Shown: positions 30,563 to 40,440 of the stretch, in pieces | Layout of the letters: each line of letters begins with the position of its first letter | How positions within the stretch are numbered: the stretch's first letter is position 1 | Source of the DNA: Candidatus Bathyarchaeota archaeon | GTDB lineage: Archaea > Thermoproteota > Bathyarchaeia > Bathyarchaeales > Bathycorpusculaceae | Assembly: GCA_963717465.1 (NCBI GenBank) | Contig: OY970340.1 | Location: 1,952,001 to 2,016,000 of the forward strand | Direction: 5' to 3' | DNA: 64,000 nt | Notes under the pieces: model-generated | Databases searched by the model: none | What the model was told of the DNA's origin: nothing | Seen by the model: only the letters and a program-made list of their open reading frames with translations | Program-made: the position numbers and the translations under genes

Positions 30563-31462
30563 TTAGCTTGTGTTCATTCCAGTGATTGCACAGATGCAGT
30601 AGCCATTCGCAATGTAAGGAGTCTTGCGGTAACTCGTGAATGGTATAATCTTTCTAAGTCGCTTCTGGATGTCAATGTCGGTTGTGATCTCTTGCTTTGT
30701 CACCATGAAGCCCATCGGTGCATAGTTATTGTTGGGGTTTTGGCCATCGCTAATACAATATACTGTTCCTGGCGGGATTAAGTTGCTAACTAGCAGCGTC
30801 CAAATGCCAACTTTCTGCTCAACCTCATTCGTCAACGGATTCGTTACTTCACGGAAAATGTTTGGAAACGGCAAATTCCGCAAGGACTCTTCTTGGATTG
30901 GGTTGCAAGCGATGTATTTCATTATGAAGTTTTTCTGCTTTATTAGCCGGTTTGCATGGTTCAAATCTTCTAGTCCACAACCGCCGCTAACAGTGATTAA
31001 TGTGCCCGTAGCGCTTATAGTGTTGCCAGTAGCCGCGAAAGAGGTGCCGTTCAGTGTTGCAGCTGCTTGAATTGCTGTTAAGCAATCTAGCTCTATTTGG
31101 TACATGGTACGGAAGGCAAGACGCATCATTTGAGTATCGACAATCCCTAATTCATAGTCCGTGATCATTTCAATGGGAATTTCTACTTCTTCACCGTAAG
31201 TGTCAGGGGTTATTGACACGCTAGTTAAGGGTGTGAAATCCATTGCTGCGGGCGCTGCGATACCTTTTCTGAAGATTCCGACTGCAACGTTTCCGTTCTC
31301 TTTGACGTAGGTTCTTGTTCTGCCCTTAATAATTGGGTCTGGAACGAATAGCTTAGCCAGTATCATTGCGTTTGTTGCCATTTGCAGGATTTTTTGATGT
31401 AGTTCTGGGTATTGAATTGCTGCACTGTCATCCATCGTTACTTGGTCTGGAGTAAAACTCAT
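30563..31462 (-). CDS. Major capsid protein, HK97-type
   Basis: Position after protease/cement; SITPDTYGEEVEIPIEMI.D, IACNP..LR, LLVSNLIPPGT..ISD. Confidence 0.8.
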   Translation of the reverse strand: MSFTPDQVTMDDSAAIQYPELHQKILQMATNAMILAKLFVPDPIIKGRTRTYVKENGNVAVGIFRKGIAAPAAMDFTPLTSVSITPDTYGEEVEIPIEMITDYELGIVDTQMMRLAFRTMYQIELDCLTAIQAAATLNGTSFAATGNTISATGTLITVSGGCGLEDLNHANRLIKQKNFIMKYIACNPIQEESLRNLPFPNIFREVTNPLTNEVEQKVGIWTLLVSNLIPPGTVYCISDGQNPNNNYAPMGFMVTKQEITTDIDIQKRLRKIIPFTSYRKTPYIANGYCICAITGMNTS

Positions 31463-31547
31463 TGTCTATTTTTCTCTCCTTTTTTATTTTATTTTTTAAA
31501 ATTTTTTGTTTTGATTGTTCCAAACTTAAAAGATTGGAAAATTCAAT

Positions 31548-31997
31548 TTAGAGCAAGATGGCAATTCCTTGATTGCCATTAGTCGCGCCAGTATCACAGA
31601 TCGCTTTTCTGTAACTGTGGTTTTGAACTGAAGTTGCAATACCAGCTGCGGTTCCTTCATCACCAGATGCAGCTGCTGCTAACGTTTGCAAGGTTCCACC
31701 AGGGCCTGAAACAAGCTCGTCGCCTGCATTTGTGGTACCATACGAAGTATAGCGTATTTTTGCTTTGCCGCATGTCACTGTTGCCTTGTTGTTGCCAGCG
31801 AGTGAAGATTTGATGCCTACGGATTTTACCACGCCTAAGAAATCCGCGATTCCGCTAGTTGGCTGGATTTGACCGTTTGAGCCCGGTATAATCTGCACTA
31901 TCTGGCCTACTGTAACGGTTGTTCCGCTTGGAATAATAAACGATAGGTCAGTACTGCATGGCTGCTCAACGATTGGTCCTGAATTTTCAAAACTCAT
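31548..31997 (-). CDS. Capsid cement/decoration protein (DUF2190-like)
   Basis: VTVGQIVQ..LGVV..AGDELVSGPGG; lies between scaffold and MCP. Confidence 0.6.
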   Translation of the reverse strand: MSFENSGPIVEQPCSTDLSFIIPSGTTVTVGQIVQIIPGSNGQIQPTSGIADFLGVVKSVGIKSSLAGNNKATVTCGKAKIRYTSYGTTNAGDELVSGPGGTLQTLAAAASGDEGTAAGIATSVQNHSYRKAICDTGATNGNQGIAILL

Positions 31998-33166
31998 TAA
32001 GTCCGGCCCTCCTGAATATGCAATGCATCAAGGCTTTTTCTTCGCTCTGCCGCAGCAAATAACTCGCCGAAATAACTTGGTACTACAACTTTGCCCCATT
32101 GCACTTGTTGCGCTGGCGGTTTCTGATTCTTTTCATCTAAACTTCCAACTGCGCCTTTGCCTGATGCCCTTTGTTTTGCTGTTGCCTTGTTGATGAAGTC
32201 TTCAAGCTTCGCCATCATAGCGGCTGACTCAGCTTTAACCGCTTCTTTTGCGGCTTCTGACGCTGCCTTGATAGCTTCAGCTTTCGCCTCTGCCTCGCTC
32301 TTGTTACATGCTTCAACCGTTTGTTTGCAGGCTTCTGCAATACTTTGTCTGCATGCTTCCGCAAGGTTCTTCGCATGCTGTTCAATCATTGCTTTAACTG
32401 CGTCTGCATCGAAAAGATTTGTTTTGTTTCCTTCTGCGCTCATTATGTTTTTTTCTCCTTTTTGATTTTTTATTGGATTAGCTTCTCCAGCTGCAAAGCT
32501 GTTGAAGCGTACCTGTGAATCACAGCCAAGGCAATCAAACGTTAAGGCACCAGCGCATTTCATGCAGGAATGTTTGCCTTTAGCGTTTAATGCCTTGCTG
32601 ATTACAATTTGTTGAGCTGCAGTCATGGCCGCAGCGAACCCGACAGGCCTAAACCGTGTATGCTCATAAGCCCCCTTAGAAACAATACTTAACTCGACAA
32701 GCTGAGGCTTACGCATGATTTCCCAGGCGCCCCGGCAAATATGAACAAGATTCATGTTCTCATCACGTGAGTGACAACCGCAGGCACTGCAGAAGGCCTC
32801 ACCAACTACACGAGGGCTAACACTGTTAACATACTCTTTTTCAATTTTGTTAAGCAGTTCCTCGTCACCGCTTACCTCACCCTTGAAAGGCACTTCCATT
32901 CGGCCGTCAGCTGCAACTTGGGGCATGCGAAGAAAATTGACTACCCCTTTGACGTCTTCTATTTTATCGCCGTGGTCGACGCGAATCTGTACGTTTTGTC
33001 CCATGGCCACAAAGTAAGGTAATTCTTCCTGGGGAACCTGCCACATGTTACGGTTAACAGTATCGTCGATTGCTATGCCTTCAATAATTAGGACCTTGCC
33101 GTCAGCACTACGCTTGAAGGTAACTGGCACATTATAATCCAGCAGAATATTGGATTTTGTACTCAT
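31997..33166 (-). CDS. Prohead protease fused to a coiled-coil scaffold
   Basis: IEGIAIDDTVNRN, VDH, SVS..CSACG..HIC, ELSIV..GAY; Ala/Glu/Lys-rich C-terminus. Confidence 0.8.
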   Translation of the reverse strand: MSTKSNILLDYNVPVTFKRSADGKVLIIEGIAIDDTVNRNMWQVPQEELPYFVAMGQNVQIRVDHGDKIEDVKGVVNFLRMPQVAADGRMEVPFKGEVSGDEELLNKIEKEYVNSVSPRVVGEAFCSACGCHSRDENMNLVHICRGAWEIMRKPQLVELSIVSKGAYEHTRFRPVGFAAAMTAAQQIVISKALNAKGKHSCMKCAGALTFDCLGCDSQVRFNSFAAGEANPIKNQKGEKNIMSAEGNKTNLFDADAVKAMIEQHAKNLAEACRQSIAEACKQTVEACNKSEAEAKAEAIKAASEAAKEAVKAESAAMMAKLEDFINKATAKQRASGKGAVGSLDEKNQKPPAQQVQWGKVVVPSYFGELFAAAERRKSLDALHIQEGRT

Positions 33167-33242
33167 TGATTCTCACTTGTTTCTTGATTATGTTTCTGTT
33201 TTTTTATCTTCTTTCCACGATTGCCTTGTAAATTTGCCGTGT

Positions 33243-33479
33243 TTAAGGAGTACACTTTACAATGTCGCCGAGACTGCGCCAGATGGATAAATCCGCAGGC
33301 TCAAAGTCTCCGTTGCCAGCCTTATCTAGGCACCTGTGATATTTGACTCCGCGGAGTTGACAATCAATTTTAAGTGCTAAACAGGAAGCCCACCGTTTAC
33401 AATCATGCTCGCAAGCATATGGTCTAGGAGCGTTAAAGAAGGCCCCGAAACAAAGCGGGTCACCATCCCGATCTGTCAC
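33243..33479 (-). CDS. Small Cys-rich protein (may be frameshifted from a start at 33567)
   Basis: CFG..C..DC..W..C; a 26-codon ORF with SD at 33567-33487 lies upstream in another frame. Confidence 0.45.
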   Translation of the reverse strand: MTDRDGDPLCFGAFFNAPRPYACEHDCKRWASCLALKIDCQLRGVKYHRCLDKAGNGDFEPADLSIWRSLGDIVKCTP

Positions 33480-33655
33480 CTGAAGGTCAACACCTAAAAC
33501 AGGGTTTATTCTCTCTTTTCAGCTGAGCATCTTGATACTCTTCGAATGATTCGTCTGGTTGAGTCATAATTTAAATCACTATTTTATCTGATTTGAGCAA
33601 CCATATACTTTCTGCCTTTAGATTCAAAATAGGCTCTGTTACCGACAGCTTCTTT

Positions 33656-35026
33656 CTAATCAGGAACAGCTTTAGTCATGGCTGAAGTAGGCATGTTAGC
33701 ATCAACCTGCTCTGTTAAAGTAACAAGATTACCCCAAACCTGCTCAGGCAAACCAAGCTTCGAACGCGCTTCCAAATCGCCTTCTAAACCTGCTTGGTAC
33801 AACCTAATTTGTTGGTCAAACATAACGTCGGCTGAGGGTTCCCAGATTGGTTTCCACTCAACTTTCGGAATCTTATCAGGCGTAATCAACGAACTTTGAA
33901 AGTCGCCTTGAAGAATAGCGGGGAACAATTCATTTTCAAAGGTATATTTGAGATGCTGCTGCCGCGTTCTTAACCTTGTAACAAATTCTTGCATAACCAT
34001 TTCGGCCGTGGCTCGATTTGTCGATTCACTTTGACCCAAGAATATTTTAGGTACGCCTAATTGAGCTTCACGCTGCTGCAAAAGATAAGTCAGCCACCAT
34101 TCAACCCGTAAACTGCGGGTCATGCTATCGATGGGCTGGATTTTTACATCATGTTTAACGGCTATGTCAGTGCCCTGGTCACGTGCACATATTTCGTTGA
34201 TGAAGTTTGCAAGTTTAGTGTTCGACCATTCTCCTGCGCCTGGGCTACCGCAGACAAAACTGAGAATGGGCTTAGTGTAAATCTTCATGATTAAGGCCAT
34301 GTCATGCTGAAAATCATCGATCAAACCCTGAATAAGCAAAGTGCTGCGTAACAGGCTTACGCCATAGGCGCTGTTGTAGCGTCCTGATCCTGGATTGTGA
34401 ATTGTCCGAATGATGTCCTGTGGTAAAAATATTGCTGGAGGCACTGATAAGAGCTGAATGTAACCAAACGTATTCATTAAAGCGTCTCGGCGAATGCGCA
34501 CGTACAAGGGATCCAAGGGCTTGAGCCATTCTACACGCTGATTGTCTTCATCCCTGCAAATTTCCGTGATGCTGAAACCGTTTATAAGCGCGTCTCTTTC
34601 TTGAATTCGCGCCACTGAAGGTATATCATGGGAAGCAAGCCACTCTGTTAAGTAACTGTTGAATGTTGTGTTTCCGCCTTTTAGCTCAAACCAGTTACTC
34701 ATCGTCAAGTTAACTCGGACGTCAATCGACGCTGCCACATACGGGTTAAACTCATAGAGCGACTGAAGTTTGGGCAAGTCATCAACTGGAGTAACACCCC
34801 AAATCCGATCATATAGGCTGCTATAGGGTGGGGTTACAAAACCGATTCCAGCGCTCTTCAAAGTGTACTTGTTCAAGTAGGCCTGCAGGATAACATCACG
34901 CGAGGTCCTGAAAGGAATTTCGTCATTTAACTGCTTAGTTGCAGTATCCGCATCGACATTTCTCGCCGGGTTTGGCATACTATCTGCTAGTTTAAGCGTA
35001 GCGGTATATTCTGATCGTGTTGGCAT
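33656..35026 (-). CDS. Portal protein
   Basis: NPYVAASID, ALINGFSITEI, LKPLDP, YGVSLL, LGVPKIFLG..TNRATAE, EARSKLGL. Confidence 0.85.
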   Translation of the reverse strand: MPTRSEYTATLKLADSMPNPARNVDADTATKQLNDEIPFRTSRDVILQAYLNKYTLKSAGIGFVTPPYSSLYDRIWGVTPVDDLPKLQSLYEFNPYVAASIDVRVNLTMSNWFELKGGNTTFNSYLTEWLASHDIPSVARIQERDALINGFSITEICRDEDNQRVEWLKPLDPLYVRIRRDALMNTFGYIQLLSVPPAIFLPQDIIRTIHNPGSGRYNSAYGVSLLRSTLLIQGLIDDFQHDMALIMKIYTKPILSFVCGSPGAGEWSNTKLANFINEICARDQGTDIAVKHDVKIQPIDSMTRSLRVEWWLTYLLQQREAQLGVPKIFLGQSESTNRATAEMVMQEFVTRLRTRQQHLKYTFENELFPAILQGDFQSSLITPDKIPKVEWKPIWEPSADVMFDQQIRLYQAGLEGDLEARSKLGLPEQVWGNLVTLTEQVDANMPTSAMTKAVPD

Positions 35027-35035
35027 TCAATCAAC

Positions 35036-35254
35036 TCATTGACTAGGTTGCTGGGATTCTGCAGCAGGCTTAGGAACGGATACTGTGATAAGTAAACTAT
35101 CAAGCACAATTGTTTTCATGAGGTCCTTGCCGGCGCCGTTGATGTAAATATGAATGTCTTTTGGCTGAGCCGCTACTTCTATGCCTAATGTCTTTACAAT
35201 CTTGGCCTTATCGTCAATACTGAAGATTTCTTTCTCGTTTTCAGGGGTATCCAT
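35036..35254 (-). CDS. Hypothetical protein
   Basis: Fills the gap between TerL and portal. Confidence 0.55.
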   Translation of the reverse strand: MDTPENEKEIFSIDDKAKIVKTLGIEVAAQPKDIHIYINGAGKDLMKTIVLDSLLITVSVPKPAAESQQPSQ

Positions 35255-36719
35255 AATATTTCACTTTAATGTTTTTTTGGGGAAATGCGATGCCTATACC
35301 TTCAGACGGCTTGTCGCCGCCAATCAAGTTACGAACCGCAATCTCAACCGAGTCCAAAGCGTCGTCGTGTGCTCCACGTGGGAATTCAACCCACTCCTGG
35401 AAGAACTCACCTTTTGCATTATGCACGACAGGGTTGAGCAGTATGCGTTTAGCTTCAAAATGACTGCTTAATGGGATTAATCGCTCCTCTTTTCCTGAAA
35501 CCGTTTGAGTTGGAACGATTGGCAGCTTGTTTAGTTCAGGAAGGAAAGTTAGGACCTTTTGGAAAGCGTTCGATTCGATGTAAATTTTACTGTAGCCATA
35601 AAGTAAATGCAACTGCTTAAGTTTTTCAAGCGCTACCGGGAAGGGCACTTTCTCAGCCCAAACATCATAAAGATAACCCTGATTCGCGTCACGGTCATAG
35701 ATGAATGTGCTGATAGCGAATAAGTCACCTTCACCCAATGCGGGATCCACACCGGCATATTTTGGCAAGTTATGTGCAGGCTCAAACGCTGCATCCTTTT
35801 CATTCCAGGGATGTAACCATTCAGACTTCAACAAATCACCTTCCATACTTGTAGGATCATTCTGGTACTGTGACAAGAAATAGACGCTGCCGATATCATC
35901 GCATTTCTTCTTTAAGCGTTCATAAGGCCAGACTTCAGGCCACAAGACTTTAGGAGATTCGCCTTTGCTTATGGCTTCGTAATTTTGAATTGCCTTGTAA
36001 ACTTTAAACGGCCAGCCTTTGCCACCTTTCTCAGGAGGAGTAATTAATTCGCTGTACAAGTCGGCATAGTGCCATCTTGTCCCGATGACTAGGCAGGCGC
36101 CCCAACTGAATAGTGTTGTTAATAGTACTTTGAAGAACCATCGGCTGCTCTTTTCTCTTTGACATTGTGTGTAGACGTTTTCCTCGTCAATTATGTCATC
36201 GGCGATGATTAAGTCAAAGCCGCCCCCTGTAAGTGAACCCATAATGCCGCAACCGCGTAATGTGGGGAACTTGCTAATCTCTTTTCTCTTGACAAAGAAT
36301 TCGGTGTCAGTCCATTTTTGAGGATTCTTGGGCTTCAAGTTCCCAAAGACGCTGATGTAATTCGGGTCGTTTTCGATGCGGTTTTTGATGGCTGCGACTG
36401 TTTGATTGGCTAACTCTGCGGTTTTACTTACGATTAAAATTCGGATTTCAGGGTAATTGCCGATGAGCCAGCTGGGGTAATTGATGCTTGTGCATTCACT
36501 TTTCGCGTGTTTGCGTGGGGCTTCGAGATGAAAATTTTTTAATGCTAAAGGATGCCCTGGCAAAGGACTAAAATGAGATGGGTCATTCATTGGCTCCAAA
36601 AGTCGGTACCATTCATCATGAAACCAAGCGGTATTATTATAACCAAGATAACGAGCAAAATATCGAAGTCTACGGCGTGCCAGCTGCTGTCTCTGCTCTT
36701 CTAAGAATCTCTTCTGCAT
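35241..36719 (-). CDS. Terminase large subunit
   Basis: Walker A APRKHAKS, Walker B LIIADD, GTRWH, YQN.P, GVDPA, IESN.FQ, HDDALDS; probable ATG 36719. Confidence 0.95.
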   Translation of the reverse strand: MQKRFLEEQRQQLARRRLRYFARYLGYNNTAWFHDEWYRLLEPMNDPSHFSPLPGHPLALKNFHLEAPRKHAKSECTSINYPSWLIGNYPEIRILIVSKTAELANQTVAAIKNRIENDPNYISVFGNLKPKNPQKWTDTEFFVKRKEISKFPTLRGCGIMGSLTGGGFDLIIADDIIDEENVYTQCQREKSSRWFFKVLLTTLFSWGACLVIGTRWHYADLYSELITPPEKGGKGWPFKVYKAIQNYEAISKGESPKVLWPEVWPYERLKKKCDDIGSVYFLSQYQNDPTSMEGDLLKSEWLHPWNEKDAAFEPAHNLPKYAGVDPALGEGDLFAISTFIYDRDANQGYLYDVWAEKVPFPVALEKLKQLHLLYGYSKIYIESNAFQKVLTFLPELNKLPIVPTQTVSGKEERLIPLSSHFEAKRILLNPVVHNAKGEFFQEWVEFPRGAHDDALDSVEIAVRNLIGGDKPSEGIGIAFPQKNIKVKYYGYP

Positions 36720-37236
36720 GCAAGATTGCTTCGAATTCATCTTCAGACATCTTCGATAACAAATTATCGGTCTGTTGCTGAATCATAGTTTGCTGCTTAA
36801 CATTAACTTCAACGTTAACTTCGGATTTTTCAGGTTTAGGCTTCAAACAACTAATCATACTACCTCTGGCTCTAATCGCTGCCGCTAAAGCTTCCAAGTT
36901 CGGCGCTTTCCCATCCTGCAAAGCAAAACCGCGCAGCAAAGCAATGTCTCGAAATTGCACACGAATTAATTCATCAGTCAAAAAGACAACTTCGCCGCTG
37001 CGCAAATCACGAAACACTGTCATCCAACTTACAGAGTACCCTTTTTCAATCAAAAAGGTTCGAATTTCCTCAATTGTATCGCCACGAGCACGTCGCTCAA
37101 ATACAAGTTTGCGTCGAATTATCTGTTTTAAATTGACGGAAGAATATTCTGTTTCTTCTTCTTTGGTCTCTTCCTCTTCTGGTTCATTGTTTAAGATGAC
37201 TGTTGTTATTCCGTTAAAATCTAAAGGTGAATTCAA
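36670..37236 (-). CDS. Putative terminase small subunit (HTH)
   Basis: HTH-like N-domain, immediately upstream of and overlapping TerL; SD GGAGG. Confidence 0.7.
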   Translation of the reverse strand: MNSPLDFNGITTVILNNEPEEEETKEEETEYSSVNLKQIIRRKLVFERRARGDTIEEIRTFLIEKGYSVSWMTVFRDLRSGEVVFLTDELIRVQFRDIALLRGFALQDGKAPNLEALAAAIRARGSMISCLKPKPEKSEVNVEVNVKQQTMIQQQTDNLLSKMSEDEFEAILHAEEILRRAETAAGTP

Positions 37237-37298
37237 ATTTTAATAGCCTCCAAATTTTTTTATTTCAGCAGTTTAGCACAAAAATGCTTCTTGACATT

Positions 37299-37565
37299 TT
37301 AGCCTCCGCATGCCTTGACAATCAGGTAAGTTAATAGTCCTCCAGCGCCAGCGGAAATAATGGCTGTTGCAATTGGTTTGGTGAAGCGTACCCAAGATTT
37401 GTTTACTGCGTTGCAAGCCTCTAACGTTTCAAGGCGGCGGTAAATGTGAGGTAAATGATTATTAGTCAACTTATCAATCTGCACAGTAATGTAATCAAGC
37501 TTTGTCTCAATTGTTGCTAAACGCTCTGAGGGTGTAGGCATACTATTGAAAGGCTCCTTGTGCAC
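37299..37565 (-). CDS. Coiled-coil + C-terminal TM protein (XhlA/holin-like)
   Basis: ERLATIETKLD..NHLPHI..RLETLE, then a hydrophobic helix. Confidence 0.5.
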   Translation of the reverse strand: MHKEPFNSMPTPSERLATIETKLDYITVQIDKLTNNHLPHIYRRLETLEACNAVNKSWVRFTKPIATAIISAGAGGLLTYLIVKACGG

Positions 37566-37794
37566 GATTATCAGATAAAACTAGGCCTGTGGGGCAATCA
37601 GGAATATCCGCAAAATTTACGTTTTCAACGGATAATTTAATAAAGCGTTTTAGGTCTTCTGGAGTGCCTGTGAATATGCGTTCTTGAAGTTTAGGGTCAA
37701 ACTTGCTATTATGGAAACAGAATTGTCTTGATTTTCTAAATTCTATACTTTCATCTGATCTATGTCCACGATGAGTCAAAACAGACACTTCCAA
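37543..37794 (-). CDS. Hypothetical protein, first gene of the cluster
   Basis: Co-oriented with the cluster and overlaps the next ORF. Confidence 0.4.
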   Translation of the reverse strand: MEVSVLTHRGHRSDESIEFRKSRQFCFHNSKFDPKLQERIFTGTPEDLKRFIKLSVENVNFADIPDCPTGLVLSDNRAQGAFQ

Positions 37795-37882
37795 AAAAGC
37801 TTAACGCTTGAAACCGCACACAATCCTCTTCTGGGTGAGGCAGGCGAGACTTTGCAAATAGCTGCTTTTACTTAACTATTCC

Positions 37883-37930
37883 GATTTACTATTTAAGCAA
37901 TTGTAAAGATTCACTATTTAAGCAATTGTA
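37883..37930 (-). promoter_or_regulatory. Tandem 23-bp repeat containing a TATA-like box upstream of the virion cluster
   Basis: TACAATTGCTTAAATAGT(G/A)AATC twice, 25-bp period. Confidence 0.65.
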
Positions 37931-38110
37931 CATCTAAGCAATCGAGTTGCTTTAAGTTTCACAAAAAACTTTGACGTATGATTTTTTATGAACATTTTTG
38001 CAGTTATCTTGCGAATTCTTTGAATTTTTTTAATTTTTTTATTTGATCAGTTAATGAATATTTCTTAATTTAGTTAATGTTCAAGTTAACCCATTACAAA
38101 TGTGACGGGT

Positions 38111-38908
38111 TTACTGTCTAATTCCCAATATCTTTCGCCGATGGATCAAGATTCTTGCGAGATGGACAGCTACGTAAGCGCCTGATAAAGTCAGTAGTAA
38201 GAAGAACACTATTCTCTGCGAGTAATCAAATGAGGATGTGAAGACGTAGATTCCGTAGAAACCTGCTGCTTCAAGGAATATGAATCTCAAACCGAAGCCT
38301 GCAGTACTGGATAGCATGAATTCAGTAAAACTATTCTTGAGAGTTCCAGCGGCCAATGAAACAACTGTATAAAAGAATGGTATGAATGTGGATATGAAAA
38401 CTGAGAATTTGCCGTGTTCAACTAACCATTCATCTGCATTCTCAAGGCTTTTTTCAGATATGCGGAAAAAAGACAAAGCCTTCAACAGTAACGGTCTTGC
38501 TGCAAACCTGCCACAAACATACTCCACCGGTACAACGGCACCAACTAAGCACACTAGAAAAGTGTAATACGGATTGAACACTCCAATTGCTGACAGGTAG
38601 CCGCACGCTGGAACAAGAAAATAATCGGGAACTGGCGAAAAAACAATGCTCAGAAACATGCCTAGGTAACCTGAAAGCAAAAGCAACGATGATACAGCTT
38701 CCGGATCAGAACCGTAAGGTGAGACGTTGATTAAATGAAAATACCCATTAATCAAAGCCAAAACACTCACCAACATTATGAGAATCGAAACTGCGGAAAG
38801 GTAGTGCCAGTACTTGTGAAGCCCAAGTATTTCCTTTTTCAAAACTCGATAAGGCTTTTCCAAATCAGATATAAGTCTATTCTCTGAAACCTTCTCCCTC
38901 TTATCCAT
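38111..38908 (-). CDS. DedA/VTT family membrane protein
   Basis: PVPDY..GYL, W..HG..SVF..FIP..SLAAG. Confidence 0.85.
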   Translation of the reverse strand: MDKREKVSENRLISDLEKPYRVLKKEILGLHKYWHYLSAVSILIMLVSVLALINGYFHLINVSPYGSDPEAVSSLLLLSGYLGMFLSIVFSPVPDYFLVPACGYLSAIGVFNPYYTFLVCLVGAVVPVEYVCGRFAARPLLLKALSFFRISEKSLENADEWLVEHGKFSVFISTFIPFFYTVVSLAAGTLKNSFTEFMLSSTAGFGLRFIFLEAAGFYGIYVFTSSFDYSQRIVFFLLLTLSGAYVAVHLARILIHRRKILGIRQ

Positions 38909-39224
38909 GCCTCTGCTCTCAACCCATCAACTGCCAAGTAAGCTGTAATCATTTAACGTACTGTGTATTATACTAATTGCTCACAAAAGTTAGCACGCAA
39001 GAAACAGAAAAAGCTGAACACTAACTCCAAAGAACCACCCTGTCAAGTGCTCTAAAAACTTGAAACATCGCGTCAAGACTGAACATAAAACTATCATGCT
39101 CAAAATAAAAGCATTAGAAAATTGTAATGTCTAAATTCACAAAAGTAAATCGAGTTTAATTCGTTTCCACTAAGTCAGTTAATCTTTAAATATTGGTTAA
39201 GGCTAAGAAAATCTGGGTTTAATT

Positions 39225-39623
39225 TTGATCTTTGCCGATTTGCTTGTAACATTAGTCGGACTGATAATTCTCTGGATACTCGTTTCAATACCCGTTTGGC
39301 TTGCTGCGAAAGCTACTACGGGTGGCAGAGCGTCTTTTGGGGAAGCCATGCTCGCAACGCTTGTTGGACCGGTAATTTACGTCATTGTCAACTATCTCGT
39401 CAATTACTTCCTGGGTGCTGTGATAGGGGCAGGTGCTCTAGCTTTTGGCTACATTTTAGCACTTCTTGCTTGGATCTGGGTTTTCAAGGCTAGCTTTCGA
39501 ACGGGTTGGATTAGGGCAATTCTAATAGCAATCCTTGCGTGGGTTATCTTCATTATCTTAAGCATAATACTTGGAGTGCTCTTTGGGATAACTTATCCAG
39601 CGCCATTCTTCCCAAAAATTTAA
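39225..39623 (+). CDS. Four-TM membrane protein
   Basis: Hydrophobic; F.TGW.RA..IAILAW. Confidence 0.75.
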   Translation: MIFADLLVTLVGLIILWILVSIPVWLAAKATTGGRASFGEAMLATLVGPVIYVIVNYLVNYFLGAVIGAGALAFGYILALLAWIWVFKASFRTGWIRAILIAILAWVIFIILSIILGVLFGITYPAPFFPKI

Positions 39624-39796
39624 ACCGAAACTTTGAAAATTCAAAAGATTAAGGCACTTACTTGTTTATTGCTTGTTCATAAAGGAAACCTGTTTACTTC
39701 TCTTTTTGAATTATTTAAGACACTGTTTGTTGAAAGTTAGATATTCATTTTTATTTTAGCCATTAAAAAAGTTTATATACTGAGTAAATTTTTTTC

Positions 39797-40324
39797 TTGC
39801 AACGATTGATAAACATGAAAGAACTAAAACCAATCGACTATAAACTTTTGTATGAATTAATGAAAAACTCGCATAGAAGTGATAGGCAATTAGCTAAAGT
39901 TTTAGGGATATCTCAGCCTACTGTAACTCGAAGAAGAGCAATGCTTGAAGAAAATTTTATCGAAGGATACACGGTCATACCAAAATTTTTTGAAATTGGT
40001 TTCGAAATTGTTGCTTTGACATGTTTTAAAACTGTTGTAAAAGATCAAAAAGGACAGACAAAAGAAGAATCAATAAAGAAACTAAAAGAATGGTTCACGA
40101 AACAAAATAATGTGGTCATGGTCACTGAAGGACTTGGGATGGGCTGGAATTCAGCGTGCTTCTCATACCATGAGAACTACACCAGCTTCACAGACTTCAA
40201 AAGAAAGCTTGAATCAGAACTATCCGATTGGGTACTGGAAAGCCAAACCTTTATCATAAACCTTAGAACTGACACAGTGTTCAAGTCATTACACTTGAAA
40301 TACCTAACCTTTCAGAAAAAGTAA
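39797..40324 (+). CDS. Lrp/AsnC family transcriptional regulator
   Basis: IDYKLL.EL.KN..SDRQLAKVLGISQPTVTRR. Confidence 0.9.
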   Translation: MQRLINMKELKPIDYKLLYELMKNSHRSDRQLAKVLGISQPTVTRRRAMLEENFIEGYTVIPKFFEIGFEIVALTCFKTVVKDQKGQTKEESIKKLKEWFTKQNNVVMVTEGLGMGWNSACFSYHENYTSFTDFKRKLESELSDWVLESQTFIINLRTDTVFKSLHLKYLTFQKK

Positions 40325-40440
40325 GCAGACCTCAACCAATTATTCTTAATTTCTAAAAAAATCATTCTTAGTGGACCTATTTTTCAAAAGACTAATTAAT
40401 GCTTTCTTGATTTTTTAAGCTTTTCAATCATTTCTTGGCT

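Larger units (their letters stand above)
19767..37930 (-). mobile_element. Head-tail (Caudoviricetes-type) virion morphogenesis cluster: GTA-like or defective provirus
   Basis: About 20 co-oriented, tightly packed genes in canonical TerS-TerL-portal-protease-MCP-neck-tail order; no integrase or replication gene recognised. Confidence 0.85.

Noticed and set aside
20409..37243. Plus-strand ORFs within the virion cluster (and similar antisense ORFs elsewhere)
   Set aside because: Antisense shadows of well-supported genes, with no motifs.
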